Part shown: piece by piece, positions 31,598-42,232 of the stretch
How positions within the stretch are numbered: the first letter of the stretch is position 1
Layout of the letters: each line of letters opens with the position of its first letter
Position numbers and translations under genes: made by a program
The notes under the pieces: generated by a model
Told to the model about the DNA's origin: nothing
The model's database searches: none
The model's input: only the letters and a program-made list of their open reading frames with translations
NCBI GenBank assembly: GCA_965248435.1
Contig: OZ252100.1
Span: forward strand, 896,001 to 960,000
Source of the DNA: Candidatus Latescibacterota bacterium
Lineage (GTDB): Bacteria; Latescibacterota; UBA2968; GCA-2709665
Direction: 5' to 3'
Length of the DNA: 64,000 bases

Positions 31598-31924
31598 CCC
31601 CTCTTCGCGAATGCCTTTCTATAGAGACACTTACTTAGTCTGAACTCAAGTACCTATTCTCCATCAGATCGTCACTTCGACCGCTCAGCTTGATGTCGCT
31701 GCATAGCCTCCTGCGACCTCTACATTCCTCTGTGCGAGCAACACCGCCGATTCTCGAAACTGAGATTCCACATCGCTAGGCAGCTCCAGCGCATGAAGAT
31801 TTCTCGCCACAACCCAATATTCCACGCGCGTGGAATATTGGTCTAAATGAAAAGGCCTCCGCTATTTTGACATAAGCCCTTGTTTATTATGCTGATGACC
31901 TTCTGACAGAGCCGTGCTCCGCAC

Positions 31925-33814
31925 TCAAATTTCGCCCGCTTTCAACACTGCTCTGGCGAACCCCGAGCGGCTGACAGTGCTACCTCCTGATGGGCCAGCG
32001 ATGTCTGGATCCCCTCTTCCTGCGAGCCAGGCCGCTCGATCTTTCTCCGTAACCAGCTCGTCCGGCGCGAACTCCAGGCTGTCCTCCCTGCCCCCATAGC
32101 CGCGCGTCATCACCAGCCGTTGAACCGCCGGGAAGTCGGCGCTCCCTATCGGCACATCGATCAGCCAGCAGAGCGGCACGCCTTCGCCCACCACCTCCCT
32201 TTGAAATGCCCGCAGCAGCGTTTCGTCTTCGCGGATCGCTCCGGGCGTCCTGCCCTGCTCGATCGCGAACGCGGCGACGAGTCCCGCCGCCTCGCCGATG
32301 TTCCACTCGACCGGGTGCAGCCGGAAGCAGCCATTCGTGATGTGCGTCGTGCCGATGTTCTTGTTGGCCGCGATCAGGTTCTGGACACGCACGGGGATCA
32401 ATGCGCCCAGGGGGATCTGGAACGGCTTCGTCCGCGTACTCGTGCCGACTTCATCATCGCTGACCTGATGGATGTCGATCGGATACCAGCCGACACCGAC
32501 AGAGTCGTCGAAATGAGCGGCGCGCGGCCCCGGCTGGTGGGCGACGGCGACCTCCTGCTCGATGACCGTCTTGACCGCTTTGATCCTCCGGCATTCGCGG
32601 ATGTAGGGAAACTTGCTCAGTCCGTCGCTGCTGCCCATGAGGTCGGGTCGCAGCAAGAGATTCGCGAATCCCGGAGCGCCGTCCGGATTCGGCGCGCCGG
32701 TCTGCAGCCAGGTGACGAACCCCAGGCTCACCCGCTTTGCGCCCTGAAGCGCTGATGCCAGCGCCTCCGGCGATTGGTCCACGAGCGGCACGTCTCGATA
32801 GTCGTTGCCCGGCCAGTTGAACATCGTCAGGTCGTGTGTGTAATGACCGGGAAACTGCGTCGCCTCGACGAGCCTGCGGTATTCCCAGAGCGGGCCTTTC
32901 GTGTCCGGCGTGGCTTCAAAGACCTGGTAATCCAGCCACCCCGTCGTCTCGCCGTAGATCTCGCCGCCGTGCACGTGGATGCGCAGACCGTAGGGCTGGC
33001 GGTCGCGGTAATGCTCGTATCGCGTCGGCTTGGAAATGCGATGGTCTTCACCCACGGGCCTGCGTTCCAGAGCGAAGATGTAGGTGCAGCTCTGCACGCA
33101 GTGCGGCTTCGCTTCGTCCGGCTGTGCGTGCGGCTCGGTGGTCTGCGACACCGACTCCGCGCCCACCACATATTCCGTGCCCGTCAGCGGGAGCAGATCC
33201 CCCAGCTCCGTCGCGTCCAGGACGTACTCAAACGCGAATCGCACGGCGTCGCCGGTGTCGAGGTTGATCGCTCTGATGCTCGTGACGCGGTCCCCGTCCG
33301 TCTCAGCTTCGGTCGCCTTCGTGCGCAGAAAAACGCGCAGCCGCCCCGCCTCGACGTGCGGCGAAAGCAGATCGCCGATCACGCCGACCGCGACCCGCGG
33401 CTCGAACGCCAGGCGGCTGACCCAGCAGCGGCCCGGATTCAGGGGCTCCTGCGGCTCGTCCGCCAGCTTTCGATAATGGTCTCGGATCGCTTCGCAGAGC
33501 GCATAGTAGGACCGCGTGCCCCCGAACGCCTCGATATGTTCGTGCTCGTCGAGCGCCGCAACGCCCTGGCTGGCCATCTGCCCGCCCAGCCAATCGGTCT
33601 CCTCCAGCAGGCAGACGCGATGTCCGCGCCGCGCTGCCGCCCACCCGGCAGCGACACCGCCCATCCCGCCGCCGACGACGAGGATGTCGCACGACTCGTC
33701 GGAACAGGGCGCGTCGGGGTCGACCACCACGATCGCGCTTGACGGATCGCCCTCCGCGGGGACGCTCATGACGTCAATGACCGTCTCCAACTTCCTATTC
33801 ATTGGTGGCACCAA
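31925..33814 (-). CDS. FAD-dependent oxidoreductase
   Basis: VVGGGMGGVAA, EETDWLGGQ, DATELGD, PYIRECRR, FQIPLGALIP, RLHPVEWNIGE. Confidence 0.88.
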   Translation of the reverse strand: MVPPMNRKLETVIDVMSVPAEGDPSSAIVVVDPDAPCSDESCDILVVGGGMGGVAAGWAAARRGHRVCLLEETDWLGGQMASQGVAALDEHEHIEAFGGTRSYYALCEAIRDHYRKLADEPQEPLNPGRCWVSRLAFEPRVAVGVIGDLLSPHVEAGRLRVFLRTKATEAETDGDRVTSIRAINLDTGDAVRFAFEYVLDATELGDLLPLTGTEYVVGAESVSQTTEPHAQPDEAKPHCVQSCTYIFALERRPVGEDHRISKPTRYEHYRDRQPYGLRIHVHGGEIYGETTGWLDYQVFEATPDTKGPLWEYRRLVEATQFPGHYTHDLTMFNWPGNDYRDVPLVDQSPEALASALQGAKRVSLGFVTWLQTGAPNPDGAPGFANLLLRPDLMGSSDGLSKFPYIRECRRIKAVKTVIEQEVAVAHQPGPRAAHFDDSVGVGWYPIDIHQVSDDEVGTSTRTKPFQIPLGALIPVRVQNLIAANKNIGTTHITNGCFRLHPVEWNIGEAAGLVAAFAIEQGRTPGAIREDETLLRAFQREVVGEGVPLCWLIDVPIGSADFPAVQRLVMTRGYGGREDSLEFAPDELVTEKDRAAWLAGRGDPDIAGPSGGSTVSRSGFARAVLKAGEI

Positions 33815-33984
33815 AGATCATAAAGAGGGCTCCGTTTAGGCATCGGAAAGCCTGTGCCGGTCCTCGGTTCTATCGAAAAGTGTGCACGCACCGTCGACGA
33901 CAAAAAAAATCGCCTGCGTTATGAACTCGTTGACGGAACACAGGCAATTCGTCTAGAGGGGCTAGCATCCTGAGGTTGCTCTCG

Positions 33985-34254
33985 CTAGGCTGCCTCCAGT
34001 GGGGCTAGTTCGTTCGACTCCATCGGTGGAAGTTTGAGCTTTGCGAGTGCAGCATTGATATGATCAAGTGTTATTTGAGAGGGAGTAGTGATTTCCAATC
34101 CGATGGGCTCACCGTCTGCACCGTAATCTATCAGTAGTCCGTCACCGATGGATTTAGTGTTCGCGCTCTTTGCGCTGGCCTTTCTCGGAAAGTAAAGGTA
34201 GGCAGCAAGAGGCTTTCCGCCCCGGAAGGTCACTTCCAAATATCGATCTTTCAT
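33985..34254 (-). CDS. DUF2283 protein (putative antitoxin)
   Basis: AAYLYF..LLIDYGADGEPIGLEI. Confidence 0.8.
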   Translation of the reverse strand: MKDRYLEVTFRGGKPLAAYLYFPRKASAKSANTKSIGDGLLIDYGADGEPIGLEITTPSQITLDHINAALAKLKLPPMESNELAPLEAA

Positions 34255-34263
34255 TTGTAACCC

Positions 34264-34512
34264 TTAGATTCGATAGGCTGTGACGACCACGAGCAGTTGC
34301 TCTTCGTCGTCTGGTTCGACTACGACCTCAAAGTTCCGATTGCGATGGCGTGTCTCAATGATCCATCGTCCTTCAAATTTGTCCTGTCTGAGTCCTCGTG
34401 CATCTTGGAGCATCTGCCTAAGATCAATCTGGGAAAAACCCCTTTGCTCCATCCGTTTTTCAATGTGAGGGGTAACTTCAATCTCCCAATCCCACCAGTG
34501 AGGCCAGTTCAT
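34264..34512 (-). CDS. DUF4258 protein (putative toxin)
   Basis: TPHIEKRMEQRG..LVVVTAY; paired with DUF2283. Confidence 0.8.
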   Translation of the reverse strand: MNWPHWWDWEIEVTPHIEKRMEQRGFSQIDLRQMLQDARGLRQDKFEGRWIIETRHRNRNFEVVVEPDDEEQLLVVVTAYRI

Positions 34513-34718
34513 CCCTCCCCCAAGTGCGAGCTAGGATCGATTATTACAAAGATAAGCAAAACATAGCCACGATGAAATACCTTTAAATGATTGCCCTTTT
34601 GGGAATTTGTCTTCAAACTTGGCAATGGACCGGCATGGCTCATAACCACGGCACTAGCGAACCAGTTTGCAAAAACGTCTGACCAGTCTTTGTAATTATC
34701 CCGTATTTGTGAAGCAAG

Positions 34719-35009
34719 CTAAGAGACCTCAACCTCGTTTTTCTCAGGACGCGCTAAGTAGGCTGATCTGACGTATTCCGCCATCGCCCGGACACTGTCG
34801 AACAGCTCCGGGCGCAGGTCCTCATCCTCGATCTCGATTCCGAATTCCCCCTCCAAACCGACGATGATCTCTATCGTGGCTTCGGAATCCAGGCCCAATG
34901 CCCCTTCAAAGAGTTGATCCTCGTCACCAATCTCTTCAGGTTCGATCTCCAGAGAGAGGGTTCGCACGATCACTCGTTTTATGCGATCCTCTATCCGCTC
35001 TTCTTCCAT
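34719..35009 (-). CDS. Acyl carrier protein
   Basis: LGLDSEATIEIIVGLEGEFGIEIEDEDL (phosphopantetheine Ser). Confidence 0.85.
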   Translation of the reverse strand: MEEERIEDRIKRVIVRTLSLEIEPEEIGDEDQLFEGALGLDSEATIEIIVGLEGEFGIEIEDEDLRPELFDSVRAMAEYVRSAYLARPEKNEVEVS

Positions 35010-35046
35010 CGACCCTCGCTCCCATCGGCCAGAATTATTCTTTGGG

Positions 35047-37005
35047 TTATGATGTGACTGCTGCCTCCTCGCGAAAGTATTCAATGACCGTCGTCACCAT
35101 CCTCTGCTGCCCTTCTTCAGAGGTGATCTCCACCGCGGGGAGCTCGAACTGCTCCTCCAGATGACGCAGCTTTTGATCGATCTCCGCCTGGGACATCTGA
35201 CGCGGCGTGACCAGAGTTCGCCCGTAGGCGGCCCGGATGTGTTTCTCCTTGTCGCTCATCGCCAGCATGATCGTGGGCGCCTTGCCCAGGGCACGGATGG
35301 CGTCGATAGTGTCACGGATGTAATCAACCGGGTCGATGCTGTTCACAACGAGGATGCAGGCATCTGGCTTCGTCCCCAGCAGAAACGCAAGGGTCGGCAG
35401 AGAATGCGTCGTGTGCTCGAGGATATCGTATGGAATCGTCCCGGATTGGGAGCCGACGAGGATGATCTCCGGCTTCTTACGGGAGATCGCACGCATCTCG
35501 TGATCCAGGTAGGGCAGGTAGACCTGAAGCGGCAGTTCCAGAGGGGACGCATATCCTATAGGAAAGGCCAGGTCCATCCCGAACATTTCGGCGTGATGTT
35601 CCGTACCGATCTGCCCGACCCTGTAGCCGATCTCCATCAGCTTTCGCCGGAGCGCGAGCTGAACCGTAAACTTGCCCTGCTGAGAGCTGGTCCCGAACAC
35701 GCCTATCACGGGGGCGTCAACTCTACCTTCTGTCCGGTAATGTCGAAGCGTTTCTTGAACTCCGGCCTGAGAGATCGAGGGGTAAACGATCTTGAGGCGC
35801 TTTCTGCGAGCTGCAACATAGAGGTCGCCGTAGACAGCGCGAGGCACCGGAAGGAAGCTGAACACGTGGACGTCCTGATTCAGGGCCTTCTGGATCGAAT
35901 CCCGAATCAGGTCTCGCCTCGTAATGCGTGCGATCTGGTCTACATAACCGAGGATGAGCGTATCCGCATCTTTGAGGGCATCTTCCAGGCGCGGCTTGAT
36001 CTTGATGCCCGCTGAAGGGATCCCGATGGCCTCTCCGGCGTCCTTGCCGACGAGTCCTTTTCCTACGGGATCCGCGATGCCCACGATCTCGAAATCGAGC
36101 AAGTCCCTGAAGCGGATGAAGGCGTGCATCTCCTTGTTATAGGGGTAGAGCGCTGCCTTTTTGATCCACTTGAATCCCGAGACCCGCTCCAAACGAACTG
36201 TCGGCGGTATCGTGGGAGGCGTTGACCGTCCCCTCAGAGACGCGTCCGTTTTACGGACCAGGTCGGGTTCCCCCTCCACGGCATTCGATCTCAGGATCTC
36301 TCTTACCTCTTCCAACGTCGCGCCCGGGTGGACTTCACGAATCAGGGCGATGAGACCCGCGATGTGCGGCGCGGCATAGCTCGTCCCCCCCATCATAATC
36401 TCCCGACCTTCCGACCAGCAGACCCGCTGCTCGTCTCCGCGGGCAACACACTCGATCATTTCGCCGGGCCTGTAGCTGTACCCATACCGTCCGTAAGCCC
36501 TTCCGCCCGTCACCCCGATGACTTCGGTCAGGCAGGCAGGATAGCTTTCAAGGCCGTCGTTATGCTCCGCGGAGACGAGGATCACACCCTCCTTTACGGC
36601 CTCACTGCATGCCTCCGCTATCGCATCTCGAAAAGAGACCTCGGTCGTCCCCAGACTCAGATTGACGACGTCCATTCCCTTCGCTGTGGCCCATCGGATG
36701 GCGGCGACGAGCGCTCGCCCGTCAGCGGAGAGGGACTCTCCGAAGATCCGGATGCTGTAGAGGTCCACCTCCGGCGCCTTCCTCCGGATAATACCCGCGC
36801 AGGCCGTGCCGTGTCCCGCGCCGTCGAACCTGTCCAACCCCTGGATCACCTGACCGTTGGGACCCATACAGAGCTCCACGCCCCCCGCGATGCGCCCGAT
36901 CTTCGGATGCGTGGCGTCGATCCCACTGTCCACGACTGCAACCTTGATCCCGCGTCCCGTCAGACGCGAGAAGGAGAATCGTTTTCTGAACTTGCTTTGT
37001 TCCAT
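35047..37005 (-). CDS. S8 peptidase fused to DUF1611-like P-loop domain
   Basis: VVDSG, GHGTACAG, GTSYAAP catalytic triad; GTSSQQGKFT, GQIGTE, FLLGTKPD. Confidence 0.85.
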   Translation of the reverse strand: MEQSKFRKRFSFSRLTGRGIKVAVVDSGIDATHPKIGRIAGGVELCMGPNGQVIQGLDRFDGAGHGTACAGIIRRKAPEVDLYSIRIFGESLSADGRALVAAIRWATAKGMDVVNLSLGTTEVSFRDAIAEACSEAVKEGVILVSAEHNDGLESYPACLTEVIGVTGGRAYGRYGYSYRPGEMIECVARGDEQRVCWSEGREIMMGGTSYAAPHIAGLIALIREVHPGATLEEVREILRSNAVEGEPDLVRKTDASLRGRSTPPTIPPTVRLERVSGFKWIKKAALYPYNKEMHAFIRFRDLLDFEIVGIADPVGKGLVGKDAGEAIGIPSAGIKIKPRLEDALKDADTLILGYVDQIARITRRDLIRDSIQKALNQDVHVFSFLPVPRAVYGDLYVAARRKRLKIVYPSISQAGVQETLRHYRTEGRVDAPVIGVFGTSSQQGKFTVQLALRRKLMEIGYRVGQIGTEHHAEMFGMDLAFPIGYASPLELPLQVYLPYLDHEMRAISRKKPEIILVGSQSGTIPYDILEHTTHSLPTLAFLLGTKPDACILVVNSIDPVDYIRDTIDAIRALGKAPTIMLAMSDKEKHIRAAYGRTLVTPRQMSQAEIDQKLRHLEEQFELPAVEITSEEGQQRMVTTVIEYFREEAAVTS

Positions 37006-37013
37006 TATGACTA

Positions 37014-37730
37014 TCAGAATGAAATTGTGGGTGTTGTGAAAACAGACGCGACCCACGCGATTCCGGCGCCGAACGCCATCGATAGACCCCAGAAGGTTCC
37101 CACGACGCCCGCAGAACGAGCGCGACTGCAATCAGAGACCGTCGCGATGCCTATTGTCAGAAGACCATAATACCAGAGGTTGAAGGGATTCAGGCTCGTG
37201 AGCAGCACTTTCAAGGAGGGGTGAACGATACCCTCCACGAACAGGTCCGCCCCAAGGCTGATCTCCAGATCCTGAAGATCTATCTCACCTTTCTGAGCCT
37301 TCAACAGGACCAAAGCCGCTACAAGAACCGCAGAAATCAAAGAGACGACGCTGCCGTGCGAAACCACGGAGAATATGGCCGCAAAGCCGCTTCTGCCTTC
37401 GAAGACCTGAACAAGCAGCCAGATCAGAAATGCAGAGACGAACCAGAAGACAAGCGTTCCCAGGACTGCACCCCCGGCGTAGACGTACCTCATGGTCCGA
37501 TGCATCTGAGTGACCTGTTCCAGCTGATCAGAAGAGAGTGATTCGGAAAGGGAAGGAAGAAAGGCCTTCTGAAAGACGGGGAGGGTCATCCAGGCGATGG
37601 CAGATGTGCCGAAACTGACCACGAGAAAGGCACACAACCAGGTCGGCCTCTCCCGGATTTCTCCGAATGCCCGCAGCGGTGACCAGATCATGAGGGCCAG
37701 TCGTCCGACTGAACGGGAGAAGGCTGTCAA
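37014..37730 (-). CDS. Yip1 domain membrane protein
   Basis: SPLRAFGEIRERPTW..LNPFNLW; five TM segments. Confidence 0.75.
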   Translation of the reverse strand: MTAFSRSVGRLALMIWSPLRAFGEIRERPTWLCAFLVVSFGTSAIAWMTLPVFQKAFLPSLSESLSSDQLEQVTQMHRTMRYVYAGGAVLGTLVFWFVSAFLIWLLVQVFEGRSGFAAIFSVVSHGSVVSLISAVLVAALVLLKAQKGEIDLQDLEISLGADLFVEGIVHPSLKVLLTSLNPFNLWYYGLLTIGIATVSDCSRARSAGVVGTFWGLSMAFGAGIAWVASVFTTPTISF

Positions 37731-37734
37731 TTGT

Positions 37735-38271
37735 TCAGCCGCCCTGGAAAAGATTCCTGATCATTCCACGCATATTCCGAACCGACTGATAGCCGACAGC
37801 TGTTTGTCTCAGAATGCCTTCCTCGTCCAACAGGAACATCGCCGGGACGTTGGAGGTGCCCAACTGCTTATAAAGCCTCCGCTGGGGGTCGATCCAGATC
37901 GGGAATGAGGCAGGGAAGGCTTTGAAAAACTCAGCGGTCTCGGCCGGCGCATCTGTCGAGATAACGACCACAGCAAGTTCACCATCCCCGTATCGCTCCT
38001 CCCGCAGCTTCTCCAGGACCGACAACTGTGCTCCGCAATGACCGCATCCGACCTGTATAAAGGAGGCCAGCAGGATCTTCCCCCGGTAGGTGTCGAGGCT
38101 GACCGGATGGCCCTCCAAATCCGTAAGCGTTAAAGACGGGAAGGGACGGTCGATCACTGCAACATTTTCAGGTCGATAGGTGTCCCGCATTCCAAGAATC
38201 GCTCCTGTCCCACCCCCAACGATGGCGAGCAGGACAGCAAGAGCGATCCATCTGCGATTGCTCGAATGCAT
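37735..38271 (-). CDS. TlpA/redoxin family protein
   Basis: LTDLEGHPVSLDTYRGK, CGHC, VPAMFLLD. Confidence 0.85.
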   Translation of the reverse strand: MHSSNRRWIALAVLLAIVGGGTGAILGMRDTYRPENVAVIDRPFPSLTLTDLEGHPVSLDTYRGKILLASFIQVGCGHCGAQLSVLEKLREERYGDGELAVVVISTDAPAETAEFFKAFPASFPIWIDPQRRLYKQLGTSNVPAMFLLDEEGILRQTAVGYQSVRNMRGMIRNLFQGG

Positions 38272-38373
38272 TCTTTTCCTCTCTTCCCACGACTATCCCT
38301 GCAATCGAATAGTCTGGGTGGACGGGATTTCATTTTCGTGGAGGCACGCGACAGACGACCAAGTCAAACCATC

Positions 38374-38817
38374 TCAATTCTTCTGTCGATCAAGAATACT
38401 ATCAAACAGAACTGTCAATACAGGCGCCCTCCGATACTCGAGCAACATCGCCTTCACACGGTGGGACGTGTCCGCCCCTTCACCAGGTGCTCCTGGCGAA
38501 CGGACTTCGATATCTGCAAGCAAATCGGGCCCTTCCTTCACCAGACATCCATTCACTTTTATGATCTGTCCGTACCATACCTTCTCTCCCTCTGACCCGA
38601 TGCGCACAAGACGACATCTACTCAGTAGACCCAGCCGCTCCCCGGGCACTCGAGTGCGAAGGTTCCACCCTTCCTGCGTATGGCTTATCTCCCCTTCGAC
38701 TTCCAGACCGACGTCCATGTGTGCGAGCGTCAGGACGATCAGCAGCCCGAGAAAAATCGCCGATACCCCGATTAAAATCGCACCGGCTCGCCACTCTATG
38801 TTCCGAGGAATCCTCAT
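38374..38817 (-). CDS. Hypothetical single-TM protein (minimal HlyD-like accessory?)
   Basis: N-terminal TM helix; overlaps the ABC gene stop; family assignment is a guess. Confidence 0.55.
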   Translation of the reverse strand: MRIPRNIEWRAGAILIGVSAIFLGLLIVLTLAHMDVGLEVEGEISHTQEGWNLRTRVPGERLGLLSRCRLVRIGSEGEKVWYGQIIKVNGCLVKEGPDLLADIEVRSPGAPGEGADTSHRVKAMLLEYRRAPVLTVLFDSILDRQKN

Positions 38818-40532
38818 ACCGCAGCGGCTGTCAGATCCTTCTGGTAATATGTGCTGAAGTGACCACCCTGCTCCAATAGCTCAGGAAACGTCCCTTCCTC
38901 AACGATCCGTCCACCGACGAGTAGGAAGATTCGGTCTGCTATCGATACAGTAGAGAGCCGATGGGCAATCAGCAGGGTTGTTCGCCCGGCTGCAGCTCGC
39001 TTCAAGGCATCCTGAATCAGACGCTCTGAGCAGGTATCCAGTGACGAGGTTGCTTCATCAAGCACCAGGATCTTGGGATCGCGAATCACCGCGCGGGCCA
39101 GAGCGACCCGCTGCTTCTGACCACCGGAGAGCTGCACACCGCCAGACCCGATCCGCGTGTCCAACCCACGAGGAAATCTCCGGATAAACTCGGCGCAGTT
39201 CATCGCCTCCGCTGCCGCTTCCACCTCCTTCTCCGTCGCGTCCAGCTTGCCGTACGCAATATTCTCCCGGATCGTCCCAGAAAAGAGCCGGATGTCCTGC
39301 TCGACCAACGCGATCTCCTTGCGCAATGCCCGAACGTCGAAAGTGGAAAACTCCTCCCCATCGATCAGAACTTGGCCAGAAATCGGTTCGTAGAAGCGGA
39401 GCAAGAGGTTGACCAGCGTCGTCTTGCCCGCACCCGTGGGCCCGACAACTGCAGAGATCCTTCCCCGCTCGAGAGTGAGGTTCACCGAATTCAGAATGGG
39501 CCGATGCAGATCGTATCCGAATCGGACTGCTCGAAATACAACCTCACCTCTCGGTATGGTGAAAACTCTGTTGCTGCGACCCACCTCTGCAGGGGCATCC
39601 AGGATGTCGAGGACGCGCCTTAGAATGCTCAAGCCCTGTTGGAAACTGACGTACAGACCCGAAAGCTGCCCCATCGGGCCGTAGACGTAGGCCATCAGCA
39701 TGTTGAAGCCGACGAACCGACCGAGCGTCAGCCTATCTGCCATGATCTCGTAAGCGCCGTACCAGAGAAGAAAGAGCCCGCCCGCACTGTAGAGGAGCAT
39801 CTGCAGTAGGCCCGCACCCGCCATCGTAACGTTCCGCCGCAACTTGGTATCCGCCTCTTTGTGCAGCTTCCCGGCCAGACGCCGGGCCTCCAGTTTCCCA
39901 CGCTCGAAGGCCCGAGCCACGTGAGCCGAGTCCAGAGATTCCACCCGGGTCGCGTTTGCAATCCCCTTCCGCTCCTGTAGCTGGTCGCTCTGCACGCTCA
40001 CAACGCGGCCGAAGTGGATATTGACCCACACAAACCCCGGGAGAACGACCAGCACGGCAACCGCCAGTCTCGGATGGATCGTCACCATCGCTGCCAGAGC
40101 AACGACGAGCAGAACCAGCCCGCTCAACCCATCGATGTAAGCGCCAGCCATCAGCGACCCGAGCTGCCTGACATCGTCACTGATCCGGGTAGCGATGTAG
40201 CCCGAGCCATGCTTCTTGAAAAAGGCGATCGGAATCGTGTGGACCTTCCTGAATAGCCGCATCTCCAGGTCGAAGAAGACCCTTCGCGTAAACACGAGCA
40301 GCAGGTAGCGCTGGAGGAAGCTCAACGCCAGGCCCAGGACCGTCGCGAGCGCAAGCGCCTCACACACCAGGTGAAGCACCTGCATCTGCCCGTTGGCGAT
40401 CACCCGATCGATGATGTAGATCGACAGCAGGGGCATCGGCAGGGCCAGCACGGTTGTGAACACCATGCAGACACCTGCCTCGAGCGCGCGGAGCCAGTAT
40501 GGTTTTAGGAATGAGAGAAGACGAAATAGCAT
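38814..40532 (-). CDS. ABC exporter (TMD + NBD)
   Basis: GPTGAGKT, LSGGQKQR, LVLDEATSSLD, IAHRLST. Confidence 0.93.
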   Translation of the reverse strand: MLFRLLSFLKPYWLRALEAGVCMVFTTVLALPMPLLSIYIIDRVIANGQMQVLHLVCEALALATVLGLALSFLQRYLLLVFTRRVFFDLEMRLFRKVHTIPIAFFKKHGSGYIATRISDDVRQLGSLMAGAYIDGLSGLVLLVVALAAMVTIHPRLAVAVLVVLPGFVWVNIHFGRVVSVQSDQLQERKGIANATRVESLDSAHVARAFERGKLEARRLAGKLHKEADTKLRRNVTMAGAGLLQMLLYSAGGLFLLWYGAYEIMADRLTLGRFVGFNMLMAYVYGPMGQLSGLYVSFQQGLSILRRVLDILDAPAEVGRSNRVFTIPRGEVVFRAVRFGYDLHRPILNSVNLTLERGRISAVVGPTGAGKTTLVNLLLRFYEPISGQVLIDGEEFSTFDVRALRKEIALVEQDIRLFSGTIRENIAYGKLDATEKEVEAAAEAMNCAEFIRRFPRGLDTRIGSGGVQLSGGQKQRVALARAVIRDPKILVLDEATSSLDTCSERLIQDALKRAAAGRTTLLIAHRLSTVSIADRIFLLVGGRIVEEGTFPELLEQGGHFSTYYQKDLTAAAV

Positions 40533-40626
40533 AAATCTGTTCTCTATAGGTACTATGACGGACAGGATTATGATTTGGACGATCCCGGGGGATCTGACGA
40601 AAAGTTTGTCAACCGAGATACGGACT

Positions 40627-41319
40627 CTAGAACAAATTTGCTTCTTTCATGCTCAAGAACCGCTCGGAGCCAAGGATCACGTGGTCCAGGACCTCGATCC
40701 CCATAATCTCTCCGGCCTGGACCATTCGGCTGGTCAGTTCAATATCTTCTCGGCTCGGCGTCACGTCCCCGGATGGATGGTTGTGGCACAGAATGACACT
40801 CGCAGCGGATGAACCCACGGCAGGCTGGAAGACTTCCCGCGGGTGTACAAGGGAAGCGTTCAAGCTCCCGACTGAGACATCTTCTCTGCAGATGACCTGA
40901 TTCCGCGCGTTCAGGAAAACCGCCACAAAGTACTCCTTCCTGCGGTCCTTGATGTCGGACACGATCGGCACGAGATCCGCTGGGCTCGTGATCGTGGGCG
41001 CGATTCCGATTCCTTTTCCAAGTCCTCTGCGCGAGAATTCGAACGCCGCCATCATCCCTGCGGCCTTCGCGCGTCCGATCCCCTTGATCCGCGTCAGCTC
41101 GGCGAGGCCCATCTTCATCAACTCCTCTGGCGAGCGCTTCACGAGGATCTCCGAGGCGATCTCCAGTACGTTTTTCCCCTCATAGCCGGTTCTGAGCAAG
41201 ACAGCGAGCAGCTCCTCATTACGGAGTGCCTCTGGTCCCAACCGCTCCATCTTCTCGCGGGGCAGGTCTATGTCGGCAACACCGGGAAATCCCTCACGCA
41301 TACTCATACACAAAGCCAT
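40627..41319 (-). CDS. radC: RadC/JAB domain protein
   Basis: PREKM, ELLAVLLRTG, VHPREVF, HNHPSGD..S..D, LDHVI. Confidence 0.93.
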   Translation of the reverse strand: MALCMSMREGFPGVADIDLPREKMERLGPEALRNEELLAVLLRTGYEGKNVLEIASEILVKRSPEELMKMGLAELTRIKGIGRAKAAGMMAAFEFSRRGLGKGIGIAPTITSPADLVPIVSDIKDRRKEYFVAVFLNARNQVICREDVSVGSLNASLVHPREVFQPAVGSSAASVILCHNHPSGDVTPSREDIELTSRMVQAGEIMGIEVLDHVILGSERFLSMKEANLF

Positions 41320-41409
41320 TTGTCAATACGACCTGCTACCCGGTTCTGTAGTGTTGGGGATACTCCTTGTGTTTCCACTACGCGATCACAAATGTGATTC
41401 TAGAGTTTT

Positions 41410-41570
41410 GCAGTACTGGAGTGTTGGAAAAACCTGTTTTCTCATCCCTCCATTACTCCATTCCCCCATTACTCCAACACTCACGCTTTTTTCTCGGTTC
41501 CCATTACTCCATTCCCCCAAACACTCACGCTTTCCTCCTCGTCACTCCATTCCCCCCATTACTCCAGCAA
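41410..41570. repeat. CCATTACTCCA repeat tract
   Basis: Same motif family as 9000-9330, including GCAGTACTGGAGT. Confidence 0.8.
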
Positions 41571-41848
41571 TCAGGTTTTTGTTCATCGTTCCTCCCCCGC
41601 AAATTCCGTTCCGAAAACAAACAGGGGAAGATCCCCTTTTCCGAATTGGGATCTTCCCCTGTCGTTCCAAACCTCAGCAGCGAGGTTTGAACAGGCTTTT
41701 CAATCAATCAAGCAAGAGATTTTCAGAGATCAGGCTTCGACTGCCCTCGCCCACCGGACGCCGCCATCTTCACGGCTTACGCCCTCAGCCCGCTTGCAAC
41801 CTGACAAAACAAGATCACGGCCAGGTCGCCATTACCCAACAAAACAAG

Positions 41849-42232
41849 TCAACGCTTGACTGTACCACTCTGAAAATTGACCATGTTTCCGTCAGGATCT
41901 CGGAAATAGATGGAGGTTGTGCCCCATGGCTGAGTCGTCGGAGGTTTCACCCAGTCAATATCGAATCGCTGCAGTCGTTCGTATTCGGCTTTGGCACTTT
42001 GCACACGAAACAAGATCGACACCGTCCTATTTGACGCGCCCTCCATCGCCCCTGGCGCGAGCTTATCCTTTCCCTTCTTGCTGAAGAGTGCCAGGGTGCC
42101 AACAGGTGTGGGAAATTCAATCCACCCACCACTTCCTACCGGTTCGACTTGAAGAACATCCTGATAAAATTCTGTCAAACGCGGGAAGTTTTCAGTGATA
42201 ATGACAGTATGGCTGAGTTCTATTGGTTTCAT
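41849..42232 (-). CDS. VOC/glyoxalase protein
   Basis: FYQDVL, QPWGTTSIYFRDPDGN. Confidence 0.88.
   Translation of the reverse strand: MKPIELSHTVIITENFPRLTEFYQDVLQVEPVGSGGWIEFPTPVGTLALFSKKGKDKLAPGAMEGASNRTVSILFRVQSAKAEYERLQRFDIDWVKPPTTQPWGTTSIYFRDPDGNMVNFQSGTVKR

Noticed and set aside
40627-41319. radC as marker of an ICE or prophage
   Set aside because: Full-length chromosomal type with HhH region; no integrase, conjugation or phage genes in the window.
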